Of a DNA stretch of 64,000 bases, positions 50,648-63,229 are shown piece by piece (the stretch's first letter is position 1; every line of letters starts with the position of its first letter). Made by a program: the position numbers and the translations under genes. The stretch is taken from the NCBI GenBank assembly GCA_002633005.1, contig NMRA01000379.1:186001-250000 (forward strand), in the 5' to 3' direction. The notes below the pieces were generated by a model. It worked only from the letters and a program-made list of their open reading frames with translations, had not been told where the DNA came from and did no database searches. The DNA is from Phoronis australis (lineage: Eukaryota > Animalia > Phoronida).

Positions 50648-52032
50648 TTTATTATGCGCCCACATGTTTATATATGGGTACATATTGCCGTCATCTCCAT
50701 CCGGAGGCCGGCATCTGCAGCTGTATTGCCTAAACCCCTCACAGGATCTTGATGAGATATGACAGATGTGTTCCTATGAAGTTGTCGATGGATGACGACG
50801 AATTTCGGACCTACCGCACTACCGGTGTGTCCCCTAGTGGCAGCTTTATTTTTTACGTTTACCGCTGTATCGGATTTTCATAAAATTTGGAATACATGCA
50901 TCTATTAGTGAGATGTCACTAACCTCTCATTTTCAGATGAATTCGAGGTATTTGGCGCCACCTAGTGGCCATTTTATACTGTTTTCAAGTCTGTTTTTGG
51001 GTGTCCACCCCTCTATCAACCACACCACTCTAAGGAAGGATGATTATGAAAATTGGCATGTAGGCTCTAACTATGAAGAGGACTGCTGACGATGATTTTC
51101 CAATGATTTCGATTACTGTGGCACCTTCTAGTGGCAGTTTTTGCACCGTTGGCTGTATCTCCTAAACGCTCTGCAGGATCGTTACTAAATTTGGCTAGTG
51201 TATTTATATGAAGTCGATTACGGATAACGATGGCTTTCGGATGGATTAGACTACCGGTGTGCCCCCTAGTGGCAATTTTAGTTTTTTACATTTACCTCTG
51301 TATCTTCAGAGGTCCTCAACAGATTGTCATGAAATTTGGCAGATAGGCATAAATTAGTGAGATGAGGCTTACCTATGTATCTTAGGAGGTCCTGAATGGA
51401 TTTTCATAAAATTTGGATTGTAGGCATCTATTAGTGAGATGACACCAACCTCTTATTTTCAGAAGGATTCGAGGTATTTTGCACCACCTAGTAGCCATTT
51501 TTACTGTTTTCAAGTCTGTTTTTGGGTGTCTGCCCTCTATCAACCAAACCACTCTAAGGAGAGTTGTGAAAATTGGCATATATATCCTTAATGTGAAGAG
51601 GATAGCTGACGATTATTTTCCGATGACTTTGACTACTATGGCGCCTGGTAGTGGCAGTTGTGTTCTTTTTTGCACCTATAGCTATATCTCCTAAACCCAC
51701 TGCAGGATTTTTATTAGATTTAGCAATTCTATTTATATGGAGTTGACAACAGAGGAAGACTTTCAGACGGATCCGACGATCACTGTGCCCCTTGTGGTAA
51801 TTCAATTTTATTCTGTTTTCCCCTTGTTTCTTTGAAATTTGTTGAAGGATTTTTATGAAGTTTGGTAAATAGCTTTCTGTTAAAAAACGATGACATGTTC
51901 TCGTTTTTGGATTAATTCGACATATTTTGCGCCAACTAGTGGCCATTTTTGTGATAGAAATAAACACCCCTTGAAACAGACTTCTTGCGGTGCATTCGTG
52001 GGCACATTTCAATGCTGCGCATTGCTCTTGTT
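50648..52032 (+). mobile_element. HINE family H copy starting about 13 nt after the exon 5 donor
   Basis: Both diagnostic ends; reverse-complement similarity to 5200-6592. Confidence 0.78.
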
Positions 52033-54715
52033 ATGTAGTCATATATCATTTTAATTCATTAGCCAGCAAAATGTTTTTATATGAAAACTTCTTTACAACA
52101 CAACTCGGTATTAAGATTTTGACTTGGTTATATTCTAGAAAACTACAAGAAATGTCTCTTCACTCTTACTGTATGATTCTCAACTAACAACTTGTCATAA
52201 TATAAAGATCATGTGCTGATGAGTCGCAATCAGGTTTCAAAGAATTGTTTTGAAAAGGTCACATAGTCTAATTCTAGCTACTTTGGACATTAGGCAATGT
52301 TTTCAATCTCAGCAGTTCCTGTGAAAACCTCAAATAAAGCACTGTAGGGTACTTTTTTATGAATTGTTGTATTTTCAATGTTGTTTGTTCTGCAACAATT
52401 GTCAGAGTATCTCTTCCTTGTTATGTATTAATTTAAGCACCGCAGCAGATAACAAAATTCAAATTTGTTGCTAAATCATCCAATTCTGATGCACACTTGG
52501 GTACAGTTGCTAGTATTAAATGATTTAAATAGAAAACAGACAACAATAAGAGATTCTGAAAGTTTGCCATTGTTGAAGTATCCTTTTTCATAACAAACAA
52601 AAAATAATGAAATGTAACCTATTGTGATAATTGAGCAATGACAAGTGGCATATTGTGAGAGCTTTTATACGCGTTGATTCAGTCCATTGCAACATATCCA
52701 TGTGATATTGTTTCCCGTATTCCCCCCAGACTAGTTCAGCAGTGCCCTCTGACATGGAGAGTTTAAAAGATAGGTCAATGTAGACTTGACTTCGTTAGCC
52801 AGTTTGATCATCGAACTTTCCAAAAATAGTTTAAAAGTAATACAATTGCAACGCTGTAAATATCACTCAACGTGCAATCAGGTCCCAAACATAACATCTG
52901 GTACAAAACTGTTAATTATGCGACACTTTTGTCTCAGTTTTCAGTTGCTAAATGTTATATCGTCTGCAACTCAGGTGCTGATTCCTCTGAAACTACATTA
53001 TCAATTGTTGTAATTTAATTATTTTCAGGAAATGTTTAATGCACATTTACCGTTGTTTTCATCTTTATCTCTTTTCAAGTGGTAACTCATTACATTTAAA
53101 ACTGTTTCTTTTTCTGGAGAAAACTTGCAACCTAACGCGCACGTACATACATATAGGATGTGATCCGCCACGTGGACAGTCTGAGTGAAGTATTTAAAAA
53201 ATCTTTAGAAAAAAATGAAAGAATTCGAAGCATATAGGATAAATACAAAACCTACCTCGATTGGCGTAGATGAAGTAATATCTCACGAGACATTATTCCA
53301 CAGAATAATGTCTCGTGGGCTATTCATCTATGCCACTTTCAGTACGTTTTGTGTACTTGTCAAATGTCAGATCATGCTCAATTGGCATCATGCTTGTGAA
53401 CTTATTCTAGTTTCTGTTGCACTAGTTTGATAGAGTAAATACTGTTTGTATTGTCTTATAATAAAACTGATAGTGTCAGAAGTTGACTGTGGGTTCACTT
53501 TAAAAGGTAGCTATGCTTCAACATTGTGCGTGGATGGAGAGAGAAATAATTAAATAATCCAGTAAATAATTTATTATATGATGACCAGTAATTAAAACAA
53601 GTGAAACCTTTTGTTAATTATTGAATAAGTACACTAACAATGAAGAAGAGTAACTATGCTAGCGCCCTCTGTAAGGATTACTTCAACCAATTGACTATAA
53701 ATAATCAACGTCTTATGTCCTATCCAAGCTGTAGGACCTGACAGTCATTAAATGACAGTCCTATAGGTAGTTGCTGATCACAGTCTGTCATGATGCAACT
53801 CTTGCAGGCAGTATCTTCAACCCACGATTCCTCTTACTGGTCATAGTCCCTTGTGACGTAACACTTGCAAGCAGTATTTTATTTCCCACGATGCAAGGGA
53901 CAAACTCTTATTTAACTTCCTGTTCGTTAACCCTTACCCTTACCAAGATCCTCTTTAGAATCTTCCATGAGATGGCTCTTGTAATATTTCTTCAGTACAC
54001 TGTAGCAAGTCCTATTGCTTCAACTACTGAATTCCATCCGAGTGTTTTCCAGATTTCTGCCCAAATTGTAATAATGTACTTACTTAACAATTGACTACTA
54101 AAAACCACATGATATTATCTAATCATATCATTGGCTGTTACGATCTGATCTCAGAAATTTCTAGAATCTTTAGAGTGCATCTACCCAGAACCAAAGTTAT
54201 GAACATTATCTAAAAATAATTGCTGATATCAAAAACAATATAAACAAGTTTGACCCCATGGTTTTAAAAGTACACATACACAAATTTTGTACAACTTAAA
54301 TGGAACTATCTACTAATTTCTTAATCAATATTTATTTTGACAGTTTGTAATAGCCCCATCCTCAATTGGACTTTAATTTCTCATTAATGGAGATACAAAA
54401 TACGGTGCATGACTGACCTGTTTTTCAAAATGCCCATCACTCCTCAGTTGGTTAACAGAGGTGGACATCATAATGCAGTTAAGTTTGCCTGCATTACACT
54501 GATGAATTGTATAATAGTTTGGATACAAGTCACTGACAAGTACATTTCTGTGTGAGGAAGCAGGACATGTGCATGTATTGCATTGTGGGTAAACTCCTCA
54601 GGATCAGAGTGGTATTTCAGGACAGACCTACATCTTAAATGTTTGAATGTAGCTTTGATATTGAGCTCCTCGTTGGTTTTTCTAAAAAACTGTAATGTCA
54701 TTTTGTTGTTTCCAG

Positions 54716-54802
54716 ATAATGTTGCTGCTTGGATCCTCTGTACATTTGCAGGCATTGTGGGAATGTTCATTTGCTTTGCTGGTCACAGGTATTTCCGAAC
54801 AG
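54716..54802 (+). CDS. TM7SF3: TM7SF3 coding exon 6 (first TM helix)
   Basis: ttccag|...ACAG|GTAAAT, 87 nt; GMFICFAGHRYFRT resembles human GFFICFFGHRFWKT. Confidence 0.93.
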
Positions 54803-55151
54803 GTAAATTCTAAAAGTTTTGAAGTAATTTAAGACATCATGAACCCTAGAAGACATGAAAGAAATTACTTTGTTTCATTGTCTTCGCATCAGTTCATTTA
54901 TTTTGTGTTTCATGTTAATATTTCACCAGTTTCAGACAAAAATAAAATAAAATTAAAATTGTAATTTTCATCTTACAGATGCTTTCTTTGAATTTTGTCT
55001 GATGACAGCTGTGATATTGAACTTAGAATGAAACGCATTAATATGGTACCTAATTTTTCATGAAAAGTGGTAATTTCACTTATCGTAAATCAGTGAAGTT
55101 TTAACAATTAAGAGATTTAACAATGTTGATATTTTTGTACTGTATTACCTG

Positions 55152-55385
55152 GAATATAAGGCCATGGCTTTATTGTAGAGTATGGCTGTATACTCAAGTA
55201 TTGTAAGGCCATGGCTTTGTAGTAAAGTATGGCTGTATACTCAAGTATTGTAAGGCCGTGGCTTTGTAGTAAAGTATGGCTGTATACTCAAGTATTGTAA
55301 GGCCGTGGCTTTGTAGTAAAGTATGGCTGTATACTCAAGTATTGTAAGGCCGTGGCTTTGTAGTAAAGTATGGCCATATACTCGG
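55152..55385. repeat. Minisatellite, 47 bp x 5
   Basis: Unit GTATTGTAAGGCCGTGGCTTTGTAGTAAAGTATGGCTGTATACTCAA. Confidence 0.9.
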
Positions 55386-56089
55386 AATACAAGGTATTTT
55401 TCTGGGTCATTTGCATTCTCTCACGATTTGTCCTCTCAAATACAATCCTATGGTATGCTTGAAATCCAAAGATGCTCCAATTTTAACCACAAATGTCTGA
55501 TGACATGTGAACACTCTGAACAGTGTTATGCAGCACTGCTTACTGTAGCTACACTGAGATAGCGAGTACCTGTGTGTTCACTGTCATTTTGGACTTCTCT
55601 TTGTGAATTGTTTTGTTATTTTGTTATATTATTTTTTCAATAATTTTATGGAAATGCTCTTAACCAAGCAATATTTTATAATCTTAGATATTATGTGACA
55701 TTTTGGTCATGACTGAGTAGCAAATACAAAACAATGATAACTGGCCAAAATACTGGTTTGGCTTTATACTTGAACATAACGACATGGCCTCATATTCTAG
55801 GTATTTTGCATTTTTAAGTGTTCTCTAAATGCATCATTTGGCCTTTAAGCCATTGCCTTATATTAAGGTACAAATCACCAGGTATCAGATAAGTCTGTTA
55901 TACCACATTTCCATGAGGGCTGAACAAGACTCCAGTTGCTCCCGGCACGAGACGTTCTGGTTTTAGATCTGCAAATACTTACAGGAGCTAAGCAGTAGTA
56001 TGAGACATTTAAACTCTGCTTTAAGCATTTGGACAATTGAAATTTTACTTTCTCCCGTTTTTCATTTGGCCAAAGAAAATAACAATTGA

Positions 56090-56236
56090 TTTTGGTCTGC
56101 CTTTGGCTCGTTTTGGTCTACACCTGACTCATTTTGGTCAGCACCTGACTCATTTTGGTCTACGCCTGACTCATTTTGGCCTGCACCTGACTCATTTTCG
56201 TCTGCATTTGACTCATTTTGGTGTGCACTTGACTCA
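56090..56236. repeat. Minisatellite, 21 bp x 6-7
   Basis: Unit TTTTGGTCTRCACCTGACTCA; most units contain TGACTCA. Confidence 0.9.
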
Positions 56237-57620
56237 AAATTATATTCGTGATCAGAAGACAAACAAACATATCATCTGTAAGCTCCATTTTGAACAAACA
56301 GACTTGGCAACTCGGAAAAAATCACCACTTTCACAACCTTTATATGACTTTTAAATACATTTGTTGTAAATACAAAAGCATTTGTACAATAGACAAAGGA
56401 CACACAAACACACCACACCTTGTGCATTTCAAGACCTGACTACAAAATTAGAACCATGCTTACATAAGAGCCAGAGAGCACCAAATATTATTAAATTTTC
56501 CATACTCGTAATTTCTGACATAGTGATATTTTTCTATTCCAATGTACTTAAGCACCTCCTTGTTGAACATTTATATTGAGAGAGAGAGAAGCATTTATAT
56601 TGAGAGAGAGGAGCATTTCTGAGTCTGTGGCAGTAGATGTGATAGTTGTAGAGACATATGAGGAATTAATTGTATCTGTGTTGTGTCATTTGTTAAAGAA
56701 AATATCTGCAGACAAGAGATTAAGTAAAGATTGTGTTTTAGCAAGTTACCAATAACTGATTTTAGACTATAAATGATTGGTCCCAATACCTTCTCAGCAG
56801 AGATGGTTCATATTTATGACTTGATTTAGACTTATGACTGTCACACTTGTCCATCCACCATTATCCCGTTTTCCACTGTGTATACATCATAAAACTAAAG
56901 GTCCCATTGTTTGGGGCTAGTGATTGTCATTTGAAAAACAAAAAAGACAATTGTGACTACTTTATTTTTTTATGTGAAGTAATTAACAAAAAACTTATAA
57001 TTAGTCATTGTCATTATGATGCTGATATAGTTTCACTGTTGCATAATGAGTTAGAAAGCAGACGTCTTAATATTTGACAAGCTGATTGAGGCGTAATAAA
57101 TCGCTGTTCACTTGTCTGACTTGCCTTTGAAGTGTGTCGGCCAGCGTTTTGAAGTCTCCATCAGTCATACTATGTGTTTTTCTTCCTCCACGAAAGTGGA
57201 GAGTTGAATTCAGCTCTTGGGAATTATGGCAGTTATTTTTGTGCGACATATGTGAGGTTCTTGTCATACACTCTTGTGTCACTTGATGCAGTGGTTATCA
57301 CACCCGTACTTGCTGACTGATATGTGAGGTTCTTGTTGTACACTTTTGTGTCAGTTGCGACAGTGGTTTAACCACCCGAACTTGCTGACTGATACAATGT
57401 CCTCTTCATGCTAAGTTTCTGGTGCGCCATCTGAAAAAATAGTAAAAGTGGACGCAAAATTGTAACGGAAGTGAGAACAGCATTGTAGTGGATATGAGCA
57501 CAACACTGCAACAGAAGTGAGCACAACATTGTGCTCTCTCGCACCTGGAACAACTTGTAAAGTGGGGTGGTCGGATAGGAATAGTTTGAAATTCACGTGT
57601 TCCATTTTGTTTCGTTTCAG

Positions 57621-57701
57621 TCATGTTCCTGTGGGGCTTCTCGTCCTTCATGTTAACCTTCTTTATCGTGTTCACCCTATTTACTGAGCTCAGCTTCACA
57701 T
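57621..57701 (+). CDS. TM7SF3: TM7SF3 coding exon 7 (TM helix; absent from ORF track)
   Basis: tttcag|...T|GTGAGT, 81 nt, phase 1-1; hydrophobic VMFLWGFSSFMLTFFIVFTLFTELSFT, in frame with both neighbouring exons. Confidence 0.88.
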
Positions 57702-59171
57702 GTGAGTGTTTTGATTAGTACTGAATCTAATGATATGGAAAGTGTTGTTGTTATAGACTACACGCATTAATTACTGATTAGTTAGCTACAATACACGTGA
57801 ACAGTAAGGTAAATGATCCGTAATTTCTTGTCATGACGATTGAGCAGGCGGGAATTAACCATGGTACTAGCCGCTCATTACAGCCAGGAATTGTGGAGAA
57901 ATTTTAACAAACGTACAAACATTGGAAGATTAGAAGGGATTCATGATTTGTCCTCACCGTAATTTTTGCAACAAGTGAAATCGGTCGTGACATCAAAGAA
58001 ACAATATTTTGTTTGATTACTTTTGGCATGTTCTGTAAGCATGATACCACGGTGTTCTGTAGGTAAGGTACCATAGTGCTTGACGCTTAGCTTGACGCCA
58101 AGATGCATTTGGCGACTTGGCGGAATTCCCAGGTCACCAAACGAAATATGAGGTTGCCAAAACTAACGTGGAAATCATTGACTAAAAATAAAGGTCGTTC
58201 CTTGTACTCACTTCACAGAAACCTAATCCTCTCCCCGTAAAAATACGTACCATTCAATTTCTAACTAAATTCAATGAAGAAAGAACATAGACGATTGCAG
58301 GAGGCGCGTTTCACCAATCTTGCCTGATTTTTGCTTTGCCGAACAGTTCCAACTTGCGTCTATTTACTTTCTGTTATAATTCAGCCACATGTTTTTGCTT
58401 ACTACTTTGGTGGCAAATGCTCTGACTTCATGAAATAATGCAAAAATTGTGAACCAAAAGTATTAAAATCTTGAAAAAAACTGTTAGTTTGGAAATCAAC
58501 ACAAACTTAGAAACAAATTTCAAGTGAATTATTGTCTGACTTTGATACTCGCAGTGGCAACTTTATGGCAACTTAAGAATTTTTCTTTAATCATGTTAGA
58601 AAATATTTCAAAGCTAACTGTGCACAAAATTTAAATTCACAAATGAGGTCATGGTAACAAGAGCCATCTTTAAGTTGCCATAAATAATTCCTCCTGGGAG
58701 TGCTGTTGTGCTTGCAGTACCATTGACACGTAATTGTCCTCTAGAATCGATGGTGCTATCATACCACCAGTTAACTTTTCATTTATCCCATTTATGAGGT
58801 TCAAATTCTGCCTTACTCTCATTAGAAGTCATTCCGTTAAGAACTGATAGTTGATCACTGCTGAAAGCCAAGCTCAATAAGATAGCTTCACCTGACGTGT
58901 CATTTTAGGTGGCGAGCGTAGCCTCACGCAGTAACAAACTGTCAAGTTGAGACTTGCTTTACAACAGTTAGTGGTCTAAATCAATGTTTACTTTTTGTCA
59001 CAAAGTAGTTTACAGCAACTTCAAGGATTTTAAATAAAAGTATGCATTTGACCTTTATTCCACTATTACATTATTTCAATTCTCGTTTCCATAATACTTG
59101 ATGACTTGAAGGTAAATGTTTAATACTTCTTCGCTGAACGTCTCGTCTGAGTTTGGTATTTTTCTCGTCAG

Positions 59172-59324
59172 GGCGTATGATTGTGGCGGCCTCTTTTGGC
59201 TTGGTGGGTGGCGGCCTGTGGGTGACCTTCTGGTGGTTTGTCGGGCAACCGGTTTTCAGCGTACTGTTGGCGGGACTTAACCTTGGCTACCTGTTTGCCA
59301 GCATTGTATTCTTCACTCCATTTG
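59172..59324 (+). CDS. TM7SF3: TM7SF3 coding exon 8 (two TM helices)
   Basis: cgtcag|...TTTG|GTAGGT, 153 nt; GLNLGYLFASIVFFTPFG resembles human GLVLGFLISSVTFFTPLG. Confidence 0.93.
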
Positions 59325-59579
59325 GTAGGTATATAGCACGACGTGGTTCAACTAACGCATTTTTGTGTCTGTGGCAGTGCAGCGGATGCAACATTAATGG
59401 TACACGTGTGCCCTTCGGATGCACAACATTTTTGGAGCCTATTTCTGATGCCCTCCAGTTATTGTAACCAGAAATACGAGCTTTTATTCCTCAGTTACCT
59501 TGTTTGGGTTAATGAAGTTTAATTTGTTATTTATCATGAATAATAATAATCGTCATACTTTGAAATCCTGCGTTTTGTT

Positions 59580-60368
59580 ATTTCCACCACTCTAAGGATG
59601 AAAGTGGAAACTTGGCTTGTATGTTCCTACTGTGAGGAGGACAGCTGTTGATGATTTTCCGATGACCTCGACTTCTGTGGCGCCTCCTAGTGGCAGTTTT
59701 GTTTATTTACGCCCATGGCTGTATCTCCCAAACTCTGTGCAGGATCTTTATTAAATTTAGCAAGTTTATTTTTATGAAGTTGACAACGAACGGCAACAGC
59801 TTTCAGACTACTCCGACAAATGCTGTTTCTTTAATTCAAGTTCCATGACAGATTTTTACGAAATTTGGTAAATAGCGCTCTATTGAAACGATGACATGTT
59901 CCTGTTTTTGAACGAATTCGACATATTTTGTGCCATCTAGTGGCCATTTTTACTGTTTTGTAGGCTGTTTTTTGCGTCTGCCTCTCTATCAACCAAATAA
60001 CTCTGATTGTGAAAATTGGCAAATATGTTCTTAAAGTGAAATGGACAGTTCACGATGATTTTCTGATGACTTCGACTACTGTGGCACCTCCTAGTGGCAG
60101 TTACGTTTTTTTTTGCACCCATAGTCCCCTAGTGGCAATTTCATTTTTTTGTCCTTTCCCTCTGTTTCTCTGAAGTACCTTGACAGATTTTTATGATATT
60201 TAGTAAATAGCTTATTAAAAAAGCGATGATTTGTTCCCGTTTTGGGATGGATTTGAGCTTTTTTGCGCCATCTAGTAGCCATTTCTGTGATATAAATAAA
60301 CACCTGTAGAAGCACATCATTTGCGGTGCCTTGATGGGCACATTTCAACGGTCCGTGTTGCTCTTGTT
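59580..60368 (+). mobile_element. HINE family H, 5'-truncated copy
   Basis: Internal repeats and 3' end GGGCACATTTCAACGGTCCGTGTTGCTCTTGTT. Confidence 0.72.
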
Positions 60369-60627
60369 GTTGATCTTTTGTCATTTTTCCCCCGAGTCTG
60401 TTCATTGTTATTTACGAAATTTCTAGGTGTGTAAATTTCTAATACCGTCTTAATCTCAAAAGCTAATTCTTTGCTAAAACTAAAATTTTTGAAATTCTTG
60501 AACTTAAACTGAAGATCTACGACTCAGTGACTTGTCAAATAAAGTAATAATGCTGGCAATTTTGCCAACACCAAGCCATATGTCTTCTGGCAATGAGAAA
60601 TGAAGCTTGCTTTGCTGGGTCTTTCAG

Positions 60628-60725
60628 GCAACATGGAAGTCTGGAAGAACGACTTCAACTACGGCATCACCTTTACATGTGGGGTCCTGGTTATTCCTGT
60701 CATTTTCCTGTACTTCACCAAACTG
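60628..60725 (+). CDS. TM7SF3: TM7SF3 coding exon 9
   Basis: tttcag|...CTG|GTAGGT, 98 nt; NMEVWKNDFNYGITFTCGVLVIPVIF resembles human NLKIFHDDGVFWVTFSCIAILIPVVF. Confidence 0.92.
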
Positions 60726-60867
60726 GTAGGTTCACTGTTGTGTGTAGTTATGGCAAAGGTTCTGCAATTACAGACAATAAGATTACATTAAATGGAAGTA
60801 AGGTTTTAAAATTTCTTGACAAAAAGAAGAGTGTTTCACTTCCATATCGGTGGGATTTGTACTGTCT

Positions 60868-61110
60868 AGCTTGACACTGGATATGCTTGAGTTTTGACCA
60901 TTTGTACTGTGGAGCTTGACACTGAATATGCTTGAGTTTTGACCATTTGTACTGTGGAGCTTGACACTGAATATGCTTGAGTTTTGACCATTTGTACTGT
61001 GGAGCTTGACACTGGATATGCTTGAGTTTTGACCATTAGTACTGTGGAGCTTGACACTGGATATGCTTGAGTTTTGACCATTTGTACTGCAGTCAAGCTT
61101 GACACTGAAT
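60868..61110. repeat. Minisatellite, 45 bp x 5
   Basis: Unit AGCTTGACACTGGATATGCTTGAGTTTTGACCATTTGTACTGTGG. Confidence 0.9.
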
Positions 61111-61541
61111 TTGCTGGACTTTTGAACATTTGCGGACTTGTGTACCATACGCAAAAAATGCAGATTCGTACGAAAATTTGACTTGTAGTACGCAAGACCA
61201 TGCAAAGATACGCATATTGGAAGCGGATTATTTACCGAGTTGTTACTCAATTATTGAAAAGCTAAGATTTTTAAATTCGACATTAAAAATATATATTCAC
61301 ATCATTTGTAACTAAAAAAATGTCTGCTCAGCTCTGAAGTCGGAAACTTGCTTCGATTCACACTAGATATCATAGCAAAATTATCCATGAATAGCAAGGC
61401 TTCTATGGATATTCATCGTCACCGTCCTAAATTATAAGCATCGACTTCTGTGATTGGTGAATTGTTTATATTGTTTATCTCTGGCTAAATACATACTGTT
61501 GTCAAAATCACTGTGGTGATGGGCATCACTAGAATGATTCA

Positions 61542-61685
61542 TCATGTGCGGCGCAGCACTGAAAAAAGTGGGGGCTAAAGCCCCCTCAGCCCCCCTGTGG
61601 TGCACCGCCTATAGACCATGTGCGGCGTAGCACTGAAAAAAGTGTGGGCTATAGCCTCCCCAGCCCCTTATGGTGCGCTGCCCAT
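61542..61685. mobile_element. Two tandem ~70-bp mini-MITE copies
   Basis: CATGTGCGGCG(C/T)AGCACTGAAAAAAGTG...TGGTGC repeated twice, each with imperfect terminal inverted repeats. Confidence 0.55.
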
Positions 61686-62189
61686 ATTCATGCCACTTTT
61701 CAACCTGCCCCACTGTAGTCAGGGATAGCATGACTTTCTCAGTAGTTTTAAGGAAGAGTGTATCTGTGTGATATCTAGAGAACCAATTGATAGATTTCAT
61801 TGAAACTTGAGAAAGAGTTTTATTATAACAATCTGTCGGAACTGTTTGATTTTTGGCTGGATTCGACTACTGCAGCGCCTCCTAGTGACCCTTGGAATCA
61901 TAATATCTGTGATGCACTGTGGGAGGATTTCAACACCTCAGCGTTGCTTTTGTATATGAAAGTTTCATATGAATACTATCGATCATTTCTGAGATGTGTT
62001 GTTTGGAAGTTTGCCAAATTTGGTCAATTTTTATGGTCCTTCATAAGCTTATGAAGTAGTAGTGAATAATGCACTCTTGTGGACTTTTTTTACTTATTAG
62101 ACATGCTGGTTCTAATTGAACCAGGTTTGCTTCAATTTACAATTTACATTATCACCATTAATTTCAGTTGGATGTTATTTCCTTTCTAG

Positions 62190-62352
62190 TTAAGCATTCT
62201 TTCGTGCACCGTGATTGGCTCGTATGGGTTTGCCATTGCCATAAACTCCTACATTCATGGTAGCCTTTCCTACATCATTGTTAACTCTGTGAAAAGAGCC
62301 GTCAATGAGGATTTCAACCGTTCAATTATGGTGGCGCCGTTCCAATTATCAG
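62190..62352 (+). CDS. TM7SF3: TM7SF3 coding exon 10 (absent from ORF track); gene probably continues beyond the window
   Basis: ttctag|TTA...TCAG|GTTGGT, 163 nt; LSILSCTVIGSY...SLSYIIVNSVKRAVNEDF...PFQ resembles human LNILTCGVIGSY...SLSYITLNVLKRALNKDF...PFQ. Confidence 0.93.
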
Positions 62353-63229
62353 GTTGGTGATGACATTGTATGGAAATGTGTGTATGTTGATGTTTGATAT
62401 TCGCTTCCTCTTGCTGCTCAAATGAGATAACTAGAAATTAGCTGATGAGGAACTCAATATTCATCTGGTGTGGCAAGTGAAGCAAGGGACCCGTACCATT
62501 CTGAAGAGAGGAATGATTTCGGCATGATATTTCTTAAACATCAGACACTTCATTTTGTATCAACTGATTCTGAAAACAGACTTAACAATTTATAAAACCA
62601 TTAAATATGGGCATCGATGCAACATTTTCATGCACCCTCGTAGTCTGTAACATTGACGTGAACGGACGTTTGTCCTTGATCACAGTCCTTGAATTTGAGA
62701 CGGTCAGAATCCTATTTCAAAATTTGGTTTGTGCTCCGACCTTGAGCAAAATAATTAGTTTTTATGGCCCATGTATAAGTATATGGATGCATAATACGGT
62801 GCTTTCCCTGCATTTTGAAAGGAGCGTGGTGTTGAATGGCGAAAACGGGATGCATAGCTGGATGCCACACACGAGTATGGGAAGTAGGATCCCCCTATTG
62901 CCTGGATTTCAAAAGGAGCATGGTGATGAATGGTCGCAGTGGCGACGCATTCGAGCATGGGAGGTGACATCCTCTATTGGGGGTTTGATAGGAGGCCTTC
63001 CGCAGGCAAAATTTGAAAAACTAGTTGTGCATTTTTTTGCATTCTACAAGTTTAGTCATCATAGAGGAGGCCTTAATCCAAGCATCATCCTCGACGTGAC
63101 GCCCATAGAACTTAGGTTTAATAAACTAATTTGTATAATAAAACTTGGCCGTTTTAGTTATGATGATGATTTATTGTATTCAAATTCAAGTCTTTTATTA
63201 AGCATGATGGTCTGTCCATCTTGTTGAAA

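Noticed and set aside
60783-61250. Repeat-peptide ORFs here and at 12709-13008 and 56037-56354
   Set aside because: Open frames arise from minisatellites whose unit length is a multiple of 3.
62607-63227. 206-aa ORF, longest gap-free ORF in the track
   Set aside because: It runs through a MITE-like repeat (ends TATGGGCATC / GACGCCCATA at about 62606-63106), has no recognisable domain, and does not resemble the expected TM7SF3 last exon.
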